Source: Eledone cirrhosa (Eukaryota). From it: a stretch of 64,000 nt of DNA. The position numbers were made by a program, and so were the translations under genes. Positions 1-13,000 of the stretch are shown piece after piece. The notes under the pieces are model-generated. The model was given only the letters and a program-made list of their open reading frames with translations. It was not told the origin of the DNA and searched no databases. Numbering within the stretch: the first letter of the stretch is position 1; each line of letters begins with the position of its first letter. The stretch spans positions 178,374,001 to 178,438,000 of the forward strand of contig OZ024740.1 in NCBI GenBank assembly GCA_964016885.1, given 5' to 3'.

Positions 1-10
1 TTCAACCCTT

Positions 11-2635
11 TCAACCTTGTCCACCACACAATCTCTTTCGCCATGGCCACCAGGCAGATGAAAACTGCTTGCCCTTCCTCCTCTTTAAAGGAAGATGGGG
101 GGCTTTCTGCTCAATGGACTCAGTCGATAACGGGATCCGTTCTACACGCGGCAGAAGCTGTTCGACATCGCTCCACAAGTCAGCAATCCTCGGGCACTGA
201 ATTAGTGCGTGCAGGACGGTTTCGTCGCCCTGCGCGCATCTCAAACAGGCTCGGCTGACAGCACCTCCGTGCCTGTAGAGCTTATCCCGAACCGGCAACG
301 TTCCCCGGTAGCACTGCCAGGCCAGGGATTTCTGGAAGTTGTCCATAGGCCCCGGTCTGAATGTTCTCTTGAAGATAGCGAACAGCTGATCGTCTTCGAC
401 GCCCAGGGTCTCCCTGAGAACGTCGTCGCTCTTTCCCTCCACTAGCCCTCTATAGACACCGAGGTGGATGTTCCACCGATACTAGTACCCAGCTGGTAGA
501 GGGCGGTGAGCGCTTGGAGACACTCCAGCTTCCAAGCGTTATCCTTCGGTCTTTTCCTGATCCAGGACTGTAGTTCCGTCAAGGAGACGAGCTGGGGAAA
601 AGTGCGTCTGGCAAATGGCGACCACACCTATTCACCGTCAAGGAAGCACAAGAGATGTCGCAGCCTCACGTGCTGTCGGACGGAATGTTCTTGCCTCTCC
701 AGATGCCGAGTTGCAAGCCCACCGACTTTTCTTTTTTTATCTTTGCTTCTGTCACCGCTTCGTATTCCTTGAGAGCGGTGCCGAGCATCTGGACGTGTTT
801 GGTGGGACCACCCTCATCGTCTCCAATTTGTGCAGTAACGGCTCGAGGGCCAGTACGTACAATAGGGACGGGAGGGGGCAACCCTGGCGGACCGAGGGCA
901 TGATGCTGAAAGGCTGCGACAGGTGACCATTCACCCTCACAATCGAGCGGATGTTGCTGTGCATCGCAGCGATCCAGCCCCTAAAAACGGACCCGAAGCC
1001 GGCCGCCTCGAGGACCGCAGCAAAGTACCGATGGTCGACTCTATCGAATGCTTTAGATTGATCCAAGTTGATCAGGGCCCCACCCGTGCCAGGTTCCTTA
1101 ATCACCCTCTCTATAACGTATCGCATGAGATGGAGGTTGTCGTGGATGGATCTGTCCGGAATGGTACATATCTGCGCCTCTTCCACCAGATCACCGACGA
1201 CAAGCGCCAATCTCTTTGCTAACACCTTGGCCAAAATCTTAAACTCTGCGTTTAGCAGAGTTATGCGCCTGAAGTTGTCTATAACGTCCCTTTTGTTCGG
1301 GTCTTTGCTCAGCAGCGCCACCTCTCACCGGCTCACAAAACTGGGAATGGTACCGTTCTGCTGCCAGTTGCAGTAGACATCTGCCAAGAGGTCGCCGAAC
1401 AAGTCTGGCATATACGCATAAAGCTCGTAGGGCAGACCATCCAAACCTGGCGATTTACCTCTCATGCAGTCAGACATTGCTTCCCGTATGTCACCTGCTG
1501 TTATCGGCTTTCGCATCACTGTGCTGCGGTCATTGAGAGTAGCGGCAGTCCGTCGAGGTATGCACCGAAGTCCATACTCCGATCTGGTCCGACGCCGCTC
1601 CCGAACAATTGAGAAAAGTGCTGTTGAAAAGCCGCACACATCTGCTCGGGTTCGAGCAACATGCGCCCGTTTTGATCAGGCAAAGATCGAATTGTTGACT
1701 TGTTGCCACGTCGCGCCTCCACCAGCCGGACCCATTGAACGGCTTTCGTCCCCTCGTGTCTTAGAGCACGCGATCTAGTTCTGATAACGCAGACTTCATG
1801 CTTTGTGTTGAAGAATTGGTCGAGTGCCAATCTCGCCGCACGCACGTCGGTTGCGATGCCTGTACTAAACGCCTCTTCTAGCTTTCTAACTAACTCTCCT
1901 TCTACTCTATTTTCCCCTATCACTATTCCGTTGCTAAACTTTATCGATTCTACTCTAATATCCCTTTTCAGGGTAAACCACCACCTGTTGTTGACGATCG
2001 CACCCGTCAACGCACGCTTAACTAATTCGCTAATCCGGAAACGATGCGTTCAGCTTCCAGTAGCCGGGACCTTGCCTATGGAGTCTATCTAAGTCAACTT
2101 CACAGATCACAAATTTGTGGTCCGTGTGGTCGACTACTTTAAATTGCGGACAGCCTACACTAGCATTATCTGTTTCCCTACAGAATACCCCATCTAAATA
2201 CGATCTGGATGACGTGATGCGGTTTGCCCGTGTCCACATTGGCACGTTCGGATAATCCAGTCTATACCTGTCAGACAGTTCAAAACGTCTGACCAGGTTG
2301 TTGAGGCTTTCACACCCTCCTGTTCTGTCTACTTACCCCACATAATCCCAGCGTGCATCTAAGATACCGTTCCAGTCGCCCACTAACACTAAAGAGCGGG
2401 ACGTTCCAAAAAGGGTCTCTAGACGTCTGAATAAATCTGGCCCTCCTGCACTTGTTGGGGCGTAGACGGCTACTAGCCTGAAAGCATTGCCTTCGGTGCC
2501 GGTCACGTCCAGCACCACCGACTTACTTTTTGGGTCCAGGAAGATGGCCCGTATGGCGAGATCCAAGCCTCTCAGAAAAAGCACGGCAACCCCTCCCCCC
2601 AATCCTGGACGGCTGGGAGATGCGTATACTGATTT
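11..2635 (-). pseudogene. Tx1/L1 ORF2 (APE endonuclease, reverse transcriptase, zinc finger), fragmented
   Basis: ORF pieces 2030..2245, 1516..2010, 1325..1639, 752..1321, 666..881, 442..627 and 11..442 carry successive ORF2 motifs. The APE N-terminus and part of the RT appear deleted. Confidence 0.85.
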
Positions 2636-2639
2636 TTCC

Positions 2640-3957
2640 GCCGGTGTAGCTACTGCGACTGTTGGTGTTGCCGCCACTGCTGCCGATGCTTTAGTTGTCC
2701 GTGGTCTTGGTAAGAGTGCCACAGACTTTGCCCTCCTACTAACTATTGAAGGATCTTCTGCCTCTGTTGCCTGCCCTGCTTTTGGTAGCAGCAGATCAGG
2801 CGTCGGAAAGAGGGGGTCCCTCTTCTTGGCTGCCTTCTGCGGGCAGAAGGCCTTGAGGTGACCCTTCTGCCCACAGAGATGGCACTTTGGCGCCTTCCTT
2901 CCACGCTTATAGGGAGTTGGAGTCCTTCTTCGAGGTCTATGATGTCTGGGATGGCTTCGATGCACTCCTGGTCAGTCTGTATTAGCATTTGCATGCCTAT
3001 TCCTGACTAGTTCTCTCTTCACATTCTCTGTATTTTCAGTATGGTGGTCGTCTCCTCGATTCCAGCCAGTAAAAACGCGGCCAGCCTAGGTATAGGCACG
3101 TCGGGGGGGGGGGGGGGGGGGGAGGACCTGGGTCACTTTGACCCTCACAATTTTCTGCCCGCAGTAGGAGGGCACCAAGACTATCTCCTAACTCTTTAGG
3201 TGTTGGCGAAAATCACGTCTACTGTGGCGTACTTTTTGCCTCGGGTGATGTGGGTTTTGCGCGCCCAGACGCACCCCAAGGTTGAGATTTGAGTCTCCGT
3301 GGCTCTCTCTACCCGATATGACATTTTGCTTACGGTGCGATAAGTCACCATGCGCAGTTGCTGGTACTTGAAAAAATCGGGTGGAGGTTTCAGGGAAACT
3401 CTATTGTCGTTTCTTGACAGCACGGCTCTTGCGACTGCCATCTCCTCCTCCGTGACTAGCACTGTCTCTATATTTCGGGCCACACCAGCGAAAGAAGTGG
3501 CCCCTTTTTCAGCGGCACCATTATTTCTGCCGCTACTGCTGCTACTGGTCTTGTTGTTAGTGCTGTTGCTGTTGCTACTGTTACAAACGGTGTTGTTGGT
3601 GTTGTTGCTGTCATCACTGTTGTAGTTGGTTGTGTTTTTGCTGCCACAGTTGTTGTTTTCGGTGCAATTAGTATTGTTGCTGTTGGTGTTGTCATTGTTT
3701 ATTTTCTTGTTAGTGGTGTTAATATCGTCGTTGCATTTGTTGTCATATTTTTTCTGTTGTCTGTATTTTGGTTGACACTGTTATTGTTGTAGTCAGTGTG
3801 GTAATTTATTTTAAAATTAGTGTTTTCGGTGTTGTTGGCTTTGTTAACGTTGTTTGTGGTGGTGTTTGTTGTATGAATTTCACTAACCCTCCTCTCAACT
3901 TTTACGCCGTTGTCACACGACACTAGACATATTGTTAGGGGGCGTGGCTCAGCCATG
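2640..3957 (-). pseudogene. Tx1/L1 ORF1 (gag-like, zinc knuckle), frameshifted
   Basis: ATG at about 3957 after an A-run (MAEPRPL...), Thr/Asn-rich low-complexity segment, then the CCHC knuckle in the 2333..2965 ORF. Broken by stops and a long G tract near 3102-3122. Confidence 0.7.
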
Positions 3958-4169
3958 TTTTTTTTTATTTTTAAGAGTAAAATGTTCAAATATTAATCAA
4001 GTATTTGGGCCAAAAGGCCCAAATATTATACTTTACCCTTTACAGGGCAAAGTCCGAATGCTTATATCCCTTACACAACAAGAACAATTAAGCAACAAAT
4101 AATTATAACAGGTAAATAAAGCGACTTACTGGGAGCGAGCAAAAAGCGTCCGAACAGACCAATAATAAT

Positions 4170-4356
4170 AATTGTTTCTACTTTAGGCACAAGGCCAGCA
4201 ATTACCCAGTGCATTACTGGTACTTTATTTTATCTACCCCGTAAGGATGAAAGGCAAAGTCAACCTCGGCGGGATTTGAACTCAGATCGTAAAGGGACGT
4301 AACTATGCTGGAAAGCATGGCGTCCGACCCTCTACCGATACTGCCAATCCACCGCC
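4170..4356 (-). mobile_element. Full-length tRNA-derived SINE (young subfamily A)
   Basis: Reverse complement has box A-like TGGCAGTATCGG, box B GAGTTCAAATCC, a GCCTTTCATCCTTAC core and the 3' end AGTAGAAACAATT. Near-identical to copies at 9900 and 63209. Confidence 0.9.
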
Positions 4357-4682
4357 TATATTCGTTTCTCCGTTACGAGCCTCCTATTCCCCGCAGTACT
4401 CTCATTAATTCGTCGAAACTGCAGAAGGTTGAAATCTGAAGATCATATTTTAATGTTTGTGACCTGTTCGCTCTCATAAATTCTTTTTCTTTCTTCCTAT
4501 CTTCTCTTCCTTCCTTCGTGTCGAGTCAACTTACATCTAGCCGCTGATCTCTGTCCTTCCAGGTAATATTTTACCCAACGCCTCTTCGGCGGCATTTTGC
4601 TGTTCTAACAGCTTCCATACGCCGAGTTCTCCCATTTCCTGAGAATCCTTATACACTCGCGTTTCAAAACTCTATTTTCAAG

Positions 4683-4731
<49 letters not shown>

Positions 4732-4737
<6 letters not shown>

Positions 4738-5692
4738 ATTCAAAGAACGCCTACATACTCATACAATTTCTATTCGCTAACAATGTTTCATCCATACCGT
4801 GGGGCAGGAATCATCAGAGCGTTATAAACAAAGATATAGTGCTGAATATAAGCTCTACCAAGCTTAGTCACCAGAACAGTATAGATACAGTACAGGATAG
4901 TAAGAGGGAGATTGGAAATGAGAAGGATGGAGAGAATGCGTAATGGGTTTGTTAGTCAACATTATAGCAAAACATGAGAATACAAGAATACAGGCAGATT
5001 TTCTCACAAGAGACTGAGGCATGTGAAGGCACACAAAAGCAACAAAGGAGGGTATGCATTGGTTACTAACATATATATATATATAGATACATATATCGAC
5101 TCGCTGCAACATAACCCCTCAATGTATATTTGGTGCAAAAATACCAAAAATCAAGCTCACTCATAAACGACAAAGTTATGGTTTTAATATTATTAATTTC
5201 GTGAAAATAAAAAGCATAGAAGCTAACAGAACGGTAAACACATTACATTACATTAGTGACATACATCATCATAATAAGTAATATATATAATTATATAATT
5301 ACACATGCCGGTCTTAATATTATTCGTATATATATGAAATTTGGATACAAACAAAACCTGCAGAATATGGGTGCTCCAGTTCGATCGTGGAATTTTACTC
5401 ATGTATTGCGTGTACATTATGCAACTTATCTGAGGTTCCTATCGATTATATAGATTGCAATCAACCAGAGATGGTCTAGTTTATTTAAAACCCTTCTGTA
5501 TTTATCGTTGTTGTGATATATGTAGAACCAATGCTTACGGTCGGTTATCCTGGTGTCACACTTTCTAACAGTTGTGTTTAATCTGGATCTTAATGTTTTT
5601 GTAACTTTTCGCAACATAGAGTGCTTTGTGATTGCTTCAAACATATAGAATAGTACTTGCTGTGCGACAGAAAAACTTCGCTTCTTACCTAA
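4732..5692 (-). mobile_element. Decayed 3' portion of a Neptune-like PLE (GIY-YIG remnant plus pLTR), between (TA)n tracts
   Basis: Minus strand reads across frameshifts as FCRTAST..Y...LYV.K..KTLRSRLN, resembling a GIY-YIG start. Hammerhead motif at 4775-4821. (TA)n on both sides. Confidence 0.5.
4775..4821 (-). ncRNA. Minimal type I hammerhead ribozyme motif
   Basis: Minus strand: CGCT-CTGATGA-(TTCCTGCC ccac GGTATGGAT)-GAAA-CATTG-TT-AGCG. Stem I CGCT/AGCG, intact core, GUU cleavage triplet. Confidence 0.75.
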
Positions 5693-5740
5693 TATATATA
5701 TATATATATATATATTAGGTAAGAAGCGAAGTTTTTCTGT
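5667..5740. repeat. Perfect inverted repeat: 26-bp arms around a (TA)n centre
   Basis: ACAGAAAAACTTCGCTTCTTACCTAA (5667-5692), then (TA)n, then TTAGGTAAGAAGCGAAGTTTTTCTGT (5715-5740). Confidence 0.95.
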
Positions 5741-5891
5741 ACTTTTGGAACTACAACTGGAACCGTCGAGCAAACTCTACGTGAGCTGTCAATCTACTGT
5801 GTGTAATATTTATATTACAACACAACGGAAAATACTGTATATTTACCTCCTGTAAAGTCGAGCAACCCACACAGCAAACGCAACCACAACA

Positions 5892-8213
5892 ATGGAAAAA
5901 CACTACCTGGATATGTCACTCAAAAACATACCAACCCAAGGTAGAAAGGAATATTTATTGAGTATGATTCAAAAAACTAATGAATTCATTCGACGTGTCA
6001 GGTGGAAAACGCTCCACTATGATAGAAGCCGTATGAACTCAACATTAGAAAGTGGTGTAAACAACAAATTCGGTTTTAGGACTTGTAAAAACCCACCCAC
6101 CAACCCACTATTAGATGCATTTGAGCAGGACCTTATGAACTTAATCCTTAAAATTAAATTCAAAGGACGCAGCACCAACAGCAAATTACAGAAAGATATA
6201 AAAAAACTACTGGACGACCTTAAAAACACCAAAGGAATTGTAGTAAAAGCGGACAAAACATCAAACCTGTACACTATGGATTGCACTACATACAACAACT
6301 TCATTCGAAAAGAATTACATAAAAAATATAGAAAAACGAATGAAGTAACTCTTAAGCACATCAATGATGAGGCATGCGAAATAGTGAAAAATCTCGGAAT
6401 CGAAGATAGGACAGGACCACTCTTACCGGCGGTACCCACCTTCAATCTTAAGGACCATAAGGTAAACTTTGATAATGACCCTAAAATTAGATTAATCTGC
6501 CCCTCTAAATCAGATATAGGTAAAATAAGCAAATATATCTTAGATAGAATCATCCCCCAAATTAAGGCTAAGGTTAACATTAAACTCTGGGGAAAGACCC
6601 AAGAAGCAATAAGATGGTTTAATAGCATTAGCAATAAGAATAAATCTAAGTTTATCCAGTTTGATATCGATGAATATTACTCATCGATATCTCCTGAAAC
6701 TTTGAATAGAGCCATTAAGTTTGCTAAGGATAACTCTGACCTTACAAACGATGAAATTAAGATTATATTAGAAGCTAGGAAAACTATAGTCAAATTTGAG
6801 AACAGTTATTGGGTACGTAAAGATAGACCCTCTAACTTTGACATAACAATGGGCTCTAACGATTCGGCGGAAATAACTGATATTGTGGGGTTATTTATCG
6901 CCTTTAGACTCCAGGAAAAATTCAGCAATCTCCACGGCGGAATATACTGCGACGATGTTCTCCTCCTAGTTAAAATCCTAAATAACCAAAAACTAGAAAA
7001 ACTACGCAAAGATATAAGAAAACTACTACTCGAAATAGGACTAACTATAACATATGAATACAACCTTAAAGTAGTTAACTTCCTGGATGTCACACTCAAT
7101 TTAAACTCTGGTTTTATTAAACCGTTTCATAAATTGAATGAAAATCTCAAATACGTAAATGTTGGGTCTAACCACCCCATCTCTATAATTAAATCTATCC
7201 CTAAAAATATTTCCCTTAGAATCTCGGGTCTATCTTCTAACATACAAGTATTTAAGGAACACGCCGAGTACTACGATAACGCCCTTAGTAAAGCAGGCTA
7301 CCTCAACAAAATAGAGTATATAGATGGGAACAATCAAAACACCCAAAATAAATCCCACATAGGTAGATATAATAACACAACACCAAACCACACTTACTAC
7401 CATAGTATGCACACCAGTAAACCAACAAACAAAACTAATAGAAAGCGATGCAAAGAGTACTTATGGTATAACCCCGAATACAATAGTTCCATTAGTACAA
7501 ATTTACCAGTACTCTTCTTTAAAATAATTAAGAGACATTTTCCTACATCACACACATACCACAAAATCCTAAACCCTACCACTATAAGACTGTCATACTC
7601 TACAGTGTTAAACCTTGAACAACACATAAAAAAGATCAATACTAGAAGGTTAAACGAAAACACTAAGAACTTAAGTACAAAGAACACAAAAACAACAGTA
7701 TACAATACACTACAGAACATAAATAAACCACACCTAAGTTCGTCCGCAATACTACTCCAGAGAAAACCCAACGTACACAACTGTAACTGCACCTATCCTG
7801 ACAACTGCCCCCTCGGCAATAACTGCCTGGAATAAAATATTATTTATAAGTGTACCATTAAATCCGGAGGCAACGAGTGGTATTACGTGGGATCAACGGT
7901 AACATCGTTTAAATCTCGATTATATAGGCATTCTTACTCAATAAAACACCAGAGCCAAAGAAATGTAACAACTTTAGCAGAAAAAGCTTGGACGCTCTGG
8001 GATAGCGATCAAAAGTTTACCCTAAAATGGGAGAAATTAGCTAAAACCCAAAGCTTTTCCAGGAGCCAAAATTTCTGCAAATTGTGTAATCTTGAGATTT
8101 ATTACATAATCACACACAAGAAGAAATTGCTGAATAACAGAATTGAACGAACATTATTCTGCCGTCACAGAACTAAAACACTTTTTTCCCACTACAAGCC
8201 GAATATTACATAA
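5892..8213 (+). pseudogene. PLE polyprotein (RT + GIY-YIG endonuclease) with one in-frame stop
   Basis: KADKT, KDHK, FIQFDIDEYYSSI, FDITMGS, GGIYCDD (GxYRDD in sister copies), FLDVTL, WYNP, CNC..CPL..C, YVGST..FK.R..H, CKLC. ORFs 5892..7835 and 7887..8213 are in the same frame, separated by a single TAA. Confidence 0.92.
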
Positions 8214-8481
8214 AAGAGGGACATCCCCCCAACTATATAAACCTCAATCTAGTTAGAAAAATATAAAAACAATCTCTTCTCAACATATATTAATAACCTT
8301 AAATTACCACACTAATAATGGAAAGATATGCTGACGAGAATAGGTGCAAATATGCGATAATGAATGTGTCTAAAAACGTCCATAAGTATGTATATATATG
8401 TGAAAATGTATATAAATAAGTAAATATATATATGTGTTTGATGTGTATAGTTAGATGTAAGTGTATTCATGTATTAAAGTG

Positions 8482-8567
<86 letters not shown>

Positions 8568-9112
8568 GATAGATGTGTATGTATATGTATATGTGTACAC
8601 ATAGACTAGAGTATGTTAGTATATATGTGTGTTTCTATACGTGTGTATATAAAGATAAGTTGAGTATGAAAATGTATACACATGAACGCGTATGTATGTA
8701 CATGAATACATGTGTGTATATATATATGTATGCATGTGTATATGTATATAAGTATGAATATGTGAATGTGAGTATATGTATTTTGTAGAGGTGTGCAAAT
8801 ATATTTGTGTATGAATGCGTGGGTGAAAGGATACGTACACTTGAAAGAAAAATTTAAGTCTGAATGTTAATTAAGTACAAACACAAAACCAACCACGCAT
8901 ATCTTTACTATCTCTAATCCTTCTATAAATTTAGAAAAATAACCAATAATATATTCTATAAAAATGTCAAAACAACAGATGGGAATCTAATTACTCACTG
9001 CCACCAAAAATTCTCACTGCTATCAAAAAACCACTCCCTCAACTATTCTTCTAATAACTTCACCCCTCCCTCCTAATATTCTCTATAAAAACCAAATAGG
9101 TCCTCAGTAATA

Positions 9113-9233
9113 TTATTCTGATGAAATGACAGTAAATAATAACATTGAAATATTGAATGTCTGCATAACTAAAACTTTGTAGATAGCAACTGTTTTCAGG
9201 TTATGTAACTGTTATAGAAACACGTGTCAATAA
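9113..9233 (+). ncRNA. Type I hammerhead ribozyme with expanded stem II
   Basis: TTATT-CTGATGA-A-ATGACAGT...(74 nt)...ACTGTTAT-A-GAAA-CACGTG-TC-AATAA. Stem I TTATT/AATAA, palindromic stem III, GUC site. Confidence 0.85.
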
Positions 9234-9380
9234 ATTCCTTTAAACTAAACTGTATCCATTCAAATCTTTCTATTTTTCTCCGGATTACTTTTGGAACTAC
9301 AACTGGAACCGTCGAGCAAATTCTACGTGAGCTGTCAATCTACTGTGTGTAATATTTATATTACAACACAACGGAAAATA

Positions 9381-9469
<89 letters not shown>

Positions 9470-9620
9470 TTAATTAAGCAAAACAAGACCACAAATTTCA
9501 CAAGGAAGACATTATTAAAAGATTGTCAACATATTTTAGTTTGATGTAAGGAATGTAGAGAATAATAATGATAATATTAATAATAATAATGTCCGTTTAC
9601 AATTGTTTCGCTACTCCATA

Positions 9621-9790
9621 TAATTGTTTCTACATTTGGCACAAGGCCAGCAATTACTCCAGTGTATTACTGGTACTTTATTTTATCGACCCCGTAAGGA
9701 TGAAAGGCAAAGTTAACCTCGGCGGGATTTGAACTCAGTCCGTAAAGGGACGTAACTGCATATAATATTGAACTCAGTCCGTAAAGGGAC
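9621..9790 (-). mobile_element. 5'-truncated SINE with target-site duplication, inserted in the PLE hammerhead
   Basis: SINE body flanked by GCTACTCCATATAAT at about 9610 and 9791, with a small internal duplication at the 5' junction. Confidence 0.85.
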
Positions 9791-9899
9791 GCTACTCCAT
9801 ATAATATTTCTGGATCAGATGACTATATATCATAATTGATCTGGTTCAGTTGAAAATAATTAACATATTTAAAAAACAGAGCGGCATATAAATTAAAAT

Positions 9900-10087
9900 A
9901 ATTGTTTCTACTTTAGGCACAAGGCCAGCCAATACCCAGTGCATTACTGGTACTTTATTTTATCGACCCCGTAAGGATGAAAGGCAAAGTCAACCTCGGC
10001 GGGATTTGAACTCAGATCGTAAAGGGACGTTACTATGCTGGAAAGCATGGCGTCCGACCCTCTACCGATACTGCCAATCCACCGCCC
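9900..10087 (-). mobile_element. Full-length SINE (subfamily A) with ~17-bp TSD
   Basis: ATATAAATTAAAATAAT on both sides. Near-identical to the 4170 copy. Confidence 0.92.
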
Positions 10088-13000
10088 AATATAAATTAAA
10101 ATAATGAGAGAATGTTACATAATATAACGTTCCATATATTGGTTTTTCACTATGGTGTCTTGGTTGCATCAGTTGTCAGCCATAATCAAGCAGTATTCAT
10201 CTGTCGAGGCTGCATTGTGTGAGATCTGCCTATGGGTAACAAGATGGCTGCCAAAGGACATATTTACCTTCCTAATTAGAGAGTGGTTTCAGGGGAAGTA
10301 ACTCCTCGAGAGATTAGAAATTGTGGGTAGTTTATAGTTAAGTGCTAATTATAAATTTTTTTAATTGAGAGACAATGTAGGGGAGGTAACTTATAATTAT
10401 CTAAGTTAGTCATAGCTATTTAACTTATTAGCTACAAGTAAAAATGGGGCTAGATGACTAAGATGGGTCAAATATTCTATTGGCGAAGGAATTAGCCCTT
10501 CGATGTTGACAGCTTACCTCCGTTCTATCGTTAATCGGTAGAGGTCGTGATAGAGTTATGTAATATGCTTCTGTAATACAGAGATCACAAGATTTTTTCG
10601 TCCATTGAACGGTTGGGCCCTAGCCACGATATCCCATTTTAGTGAGTGTTGAACGTTGTTTAATTTAATGGGTCTCCGAAGGAAAAAGAGTGCGCGTTAT
10701 AGCGTACCTTAAAAAGGGTTAGAGGTAGACCCGATATAAGAGCTGGTATTCGAAGCAGTTTTAACCGTGCACCTATAGACTATGTTGGGTGTCAAGCAGT
10801 GTCCATTTAATGGGCATGCATTAGGGTAACGGCAGTTGCAGTTGCTTCTGCGGTTAGTGAGAGTAAGGTAGTTTAACCTAAGCGGTAGGTCAGTGCTAGA
10901 AGGATTAGATGGTGGAGCTGTGCTACTAGAGTAATTATTGGTGTAGTGGCGTGGTGTATTTGATAGAGGTGGTGGTACCGCGGTGTGGGAGTTTTACTGT
11001 TTTAGTTTTTGATGGTTACTGAATGCGATGTGGCTAGCTAGATTAGGTGTTGTGGAGAATGAGATTTTAATGTTATTTTAAAGAGTTTGTAATATCTATG
11101 GTTGGAGGAAAGTTTTAGATAGGATAGAGAAGAAGCGTTTAGGGATATTAGTGGCTAGATTAGATGAGAATGGGGGGGGGGGTTAAGCCAGGTGATATTT
11201 CTAGGTCTATTCCTTCTATGGGTTCTAGTGGAGTTGGTAGGGGCCTTCCTAGGGTTATTATTACCTGAGGATTTGTTATTTGTCATCCCATTTCTCATTC
11301 CTATTCTAGGGTTGATTTTTAGTTTGCTACTTGGAGTGGGGAGCAGGCCGCTGCCACCATTAAACTTCCCTGTATAGGTGCTGTTACTGCTAAAATTCCG
11401 GCGAATCTGGCTATATTCTAAGGTATTTCTAGTTCTAGTGTTAAGTTTATTATGGTGAATTGCTGTGTTATGGCATTTAGGTATGTAATAAATTGATTGT
11501 TCATAACCAGATTCAGAAAGAGCCTTATTATAATATTGTGCATGGTTTATAAATATCTCCTCATTTGCTGATAGCATTGAGATCCTATACGAGATAGAGT
11601 TGATTACTGTTCTGATGACTGCCGGTGAGTGGTTAGAGTGTGGGCTAATATATGTGAGTATTTCACCTGGTTTATGATAAGGGTAATATAGGTTATTGTT
11701 GAGATCCAGGGTGACGTCTAGGAAGTTTACTACTTTATGGTTCGGCTCGATGGTGATAGAGAGACCGTTATTTTTAAAGAATCTATGTAATTGTTTTTTT
11801 AGCAAATCAATGCCCCGATTAGTGCAATTGTGGACTGCAAGTAGGGCGTCGTCCCTGTATATTCCGCCTTGCAAGGGTTGGATTTCGGCTCTGATGTTAT
11901 GTAATAGGTAAATTCCAACTAAATCGGTGATTTGCGCATAGTCACTTGAGCCCATCGTGATGTCAGAGTTGTCTGTCCTATCTTTTCTAGTCCAGAGTGC
12001 TCCGTTGAATTCAATGATAGTCTGCCTAGCCATAAGTATGATGTTAATCTCATTATTGGTTATGTCCGAGTTGGTGTTGGCTAGGGTTAATGCTTTGTTG
12101 AGCAGTTCCGGGGTTATTGACGCGTAATAGCTGTCGATGTCAAATTGGATGAACCTCATAGATTGCTTGGACCTTAGAGCGGAGAACAATCTAATGACTT
12201 GGCCGGTGTTGGACCATAACTTGTAGGTGATATCATCCCGTAGCCCAGGGATTATCCTATCAAGGATGTTCTTACTGATACGGCTCAGGTCGGATGTGGT
12301 TGGGCTTATAAGTCTAATAAATGGGTTCTCTATAAAGTTTGGCTTATGATCCTTGAGAGAGAAATCTTGCGGTTGTTGGTACATAAGGGTGGGTAAATAT
12401 ATCCAGATGCAAGTCCTTAACCAAAGCCTGGGCTTTTCGGTTAAGTATGTTTACACTGGAGGGTATAGTTTTTTATAGTTTTTATTAAGTTCTTTAAGAA
12501 GGAAAGAGTTGTAAGTTTCAGGAGTCATGGTGTATAGATTTTTAGTTTTGTCAGACATATCATATAAGAGGTGGCTATCTTTAAATTTTTGTTATAGCTG
12601 TTGCTAATTTAGTGAGGAAATTATTCTTGTGTCTATAATGCTTTTTGAATGTAATGCTCCTGATGAAGTTGAATATATCTTTCTCAAAAGGGTCCAGCAG
12701 CATGTTGTGTGGGGGTTTCTTGCAGGTGATAAATCCATATCTATTTGCTGTACTTCCCGCGTCAGCAGCAACCGCACGGTCAAAGTGGAACGCTTTCCAT
12801 CTTATTCTTCGGATGAAAGAGTTGACACTCTGTATTAGGAGTTTGAGGTATGTCTTCCTGTCCGGGATAGGTGTGGACTTAAGTGAGATTCTGAGTTCCT
12901 GCTTCCTCAACAAGGTGACTTCTAACAGTAAATAGCTCAACTACAGGAGCTCAAGTATACACAGTTCAAGAGTAACCAATCTTAAAGAGAGAGATGGAGA

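Larger units (their letters stand above)
1..4160 (-). mobile_element. Decayed Tx1/L1-clade non-LTR retrotransposon (5' UTR, ORF1, APE-RT ORF2); runs off the window start
   Basis: Minus-strand ORF fragments in LINE order: ORF1 CCHC knuckle (CHLCGQKGHLKAFC), APE motifs (VAVYAP, LVGDWN, LD..F, TDHK, GPGYWKLN), RT motifs (KSPGLDG, FRRITLLNAEFKILAK, LDQSKAFDRVDH, VRQGCPL) and C-terminal CxxC..ETxxH...C. Many stops and frameshifts. Confidence 0.9.
5740..9388 (+). mobile_element. Near full-length PLE (Naiad-like) with ~103-bp terminal direct repeats
   Basis: RT plus C-terminal GIY-YIG ORF. 5740-5842 is repeated at 9286-9388. Hammerhead at 9113-9233. Ends directly in (TA)n. Confidence 0.92.

Noticed and set aside
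2333-2965. Apparent zinc-knuckle/endonuclease fusion protein
   Set aside because: Best explained by an internal deletion joining the ORF1 end to the middle of the APE domain in a heavily decayed copy. The N-terminal APE motifs are missing.
4260-4356. tRNA gene
   Set aside because: Box A and box B are present, but the sequence continues into a dispersed SINE body with TSDs in sister copies and has no complete cloverleaf.
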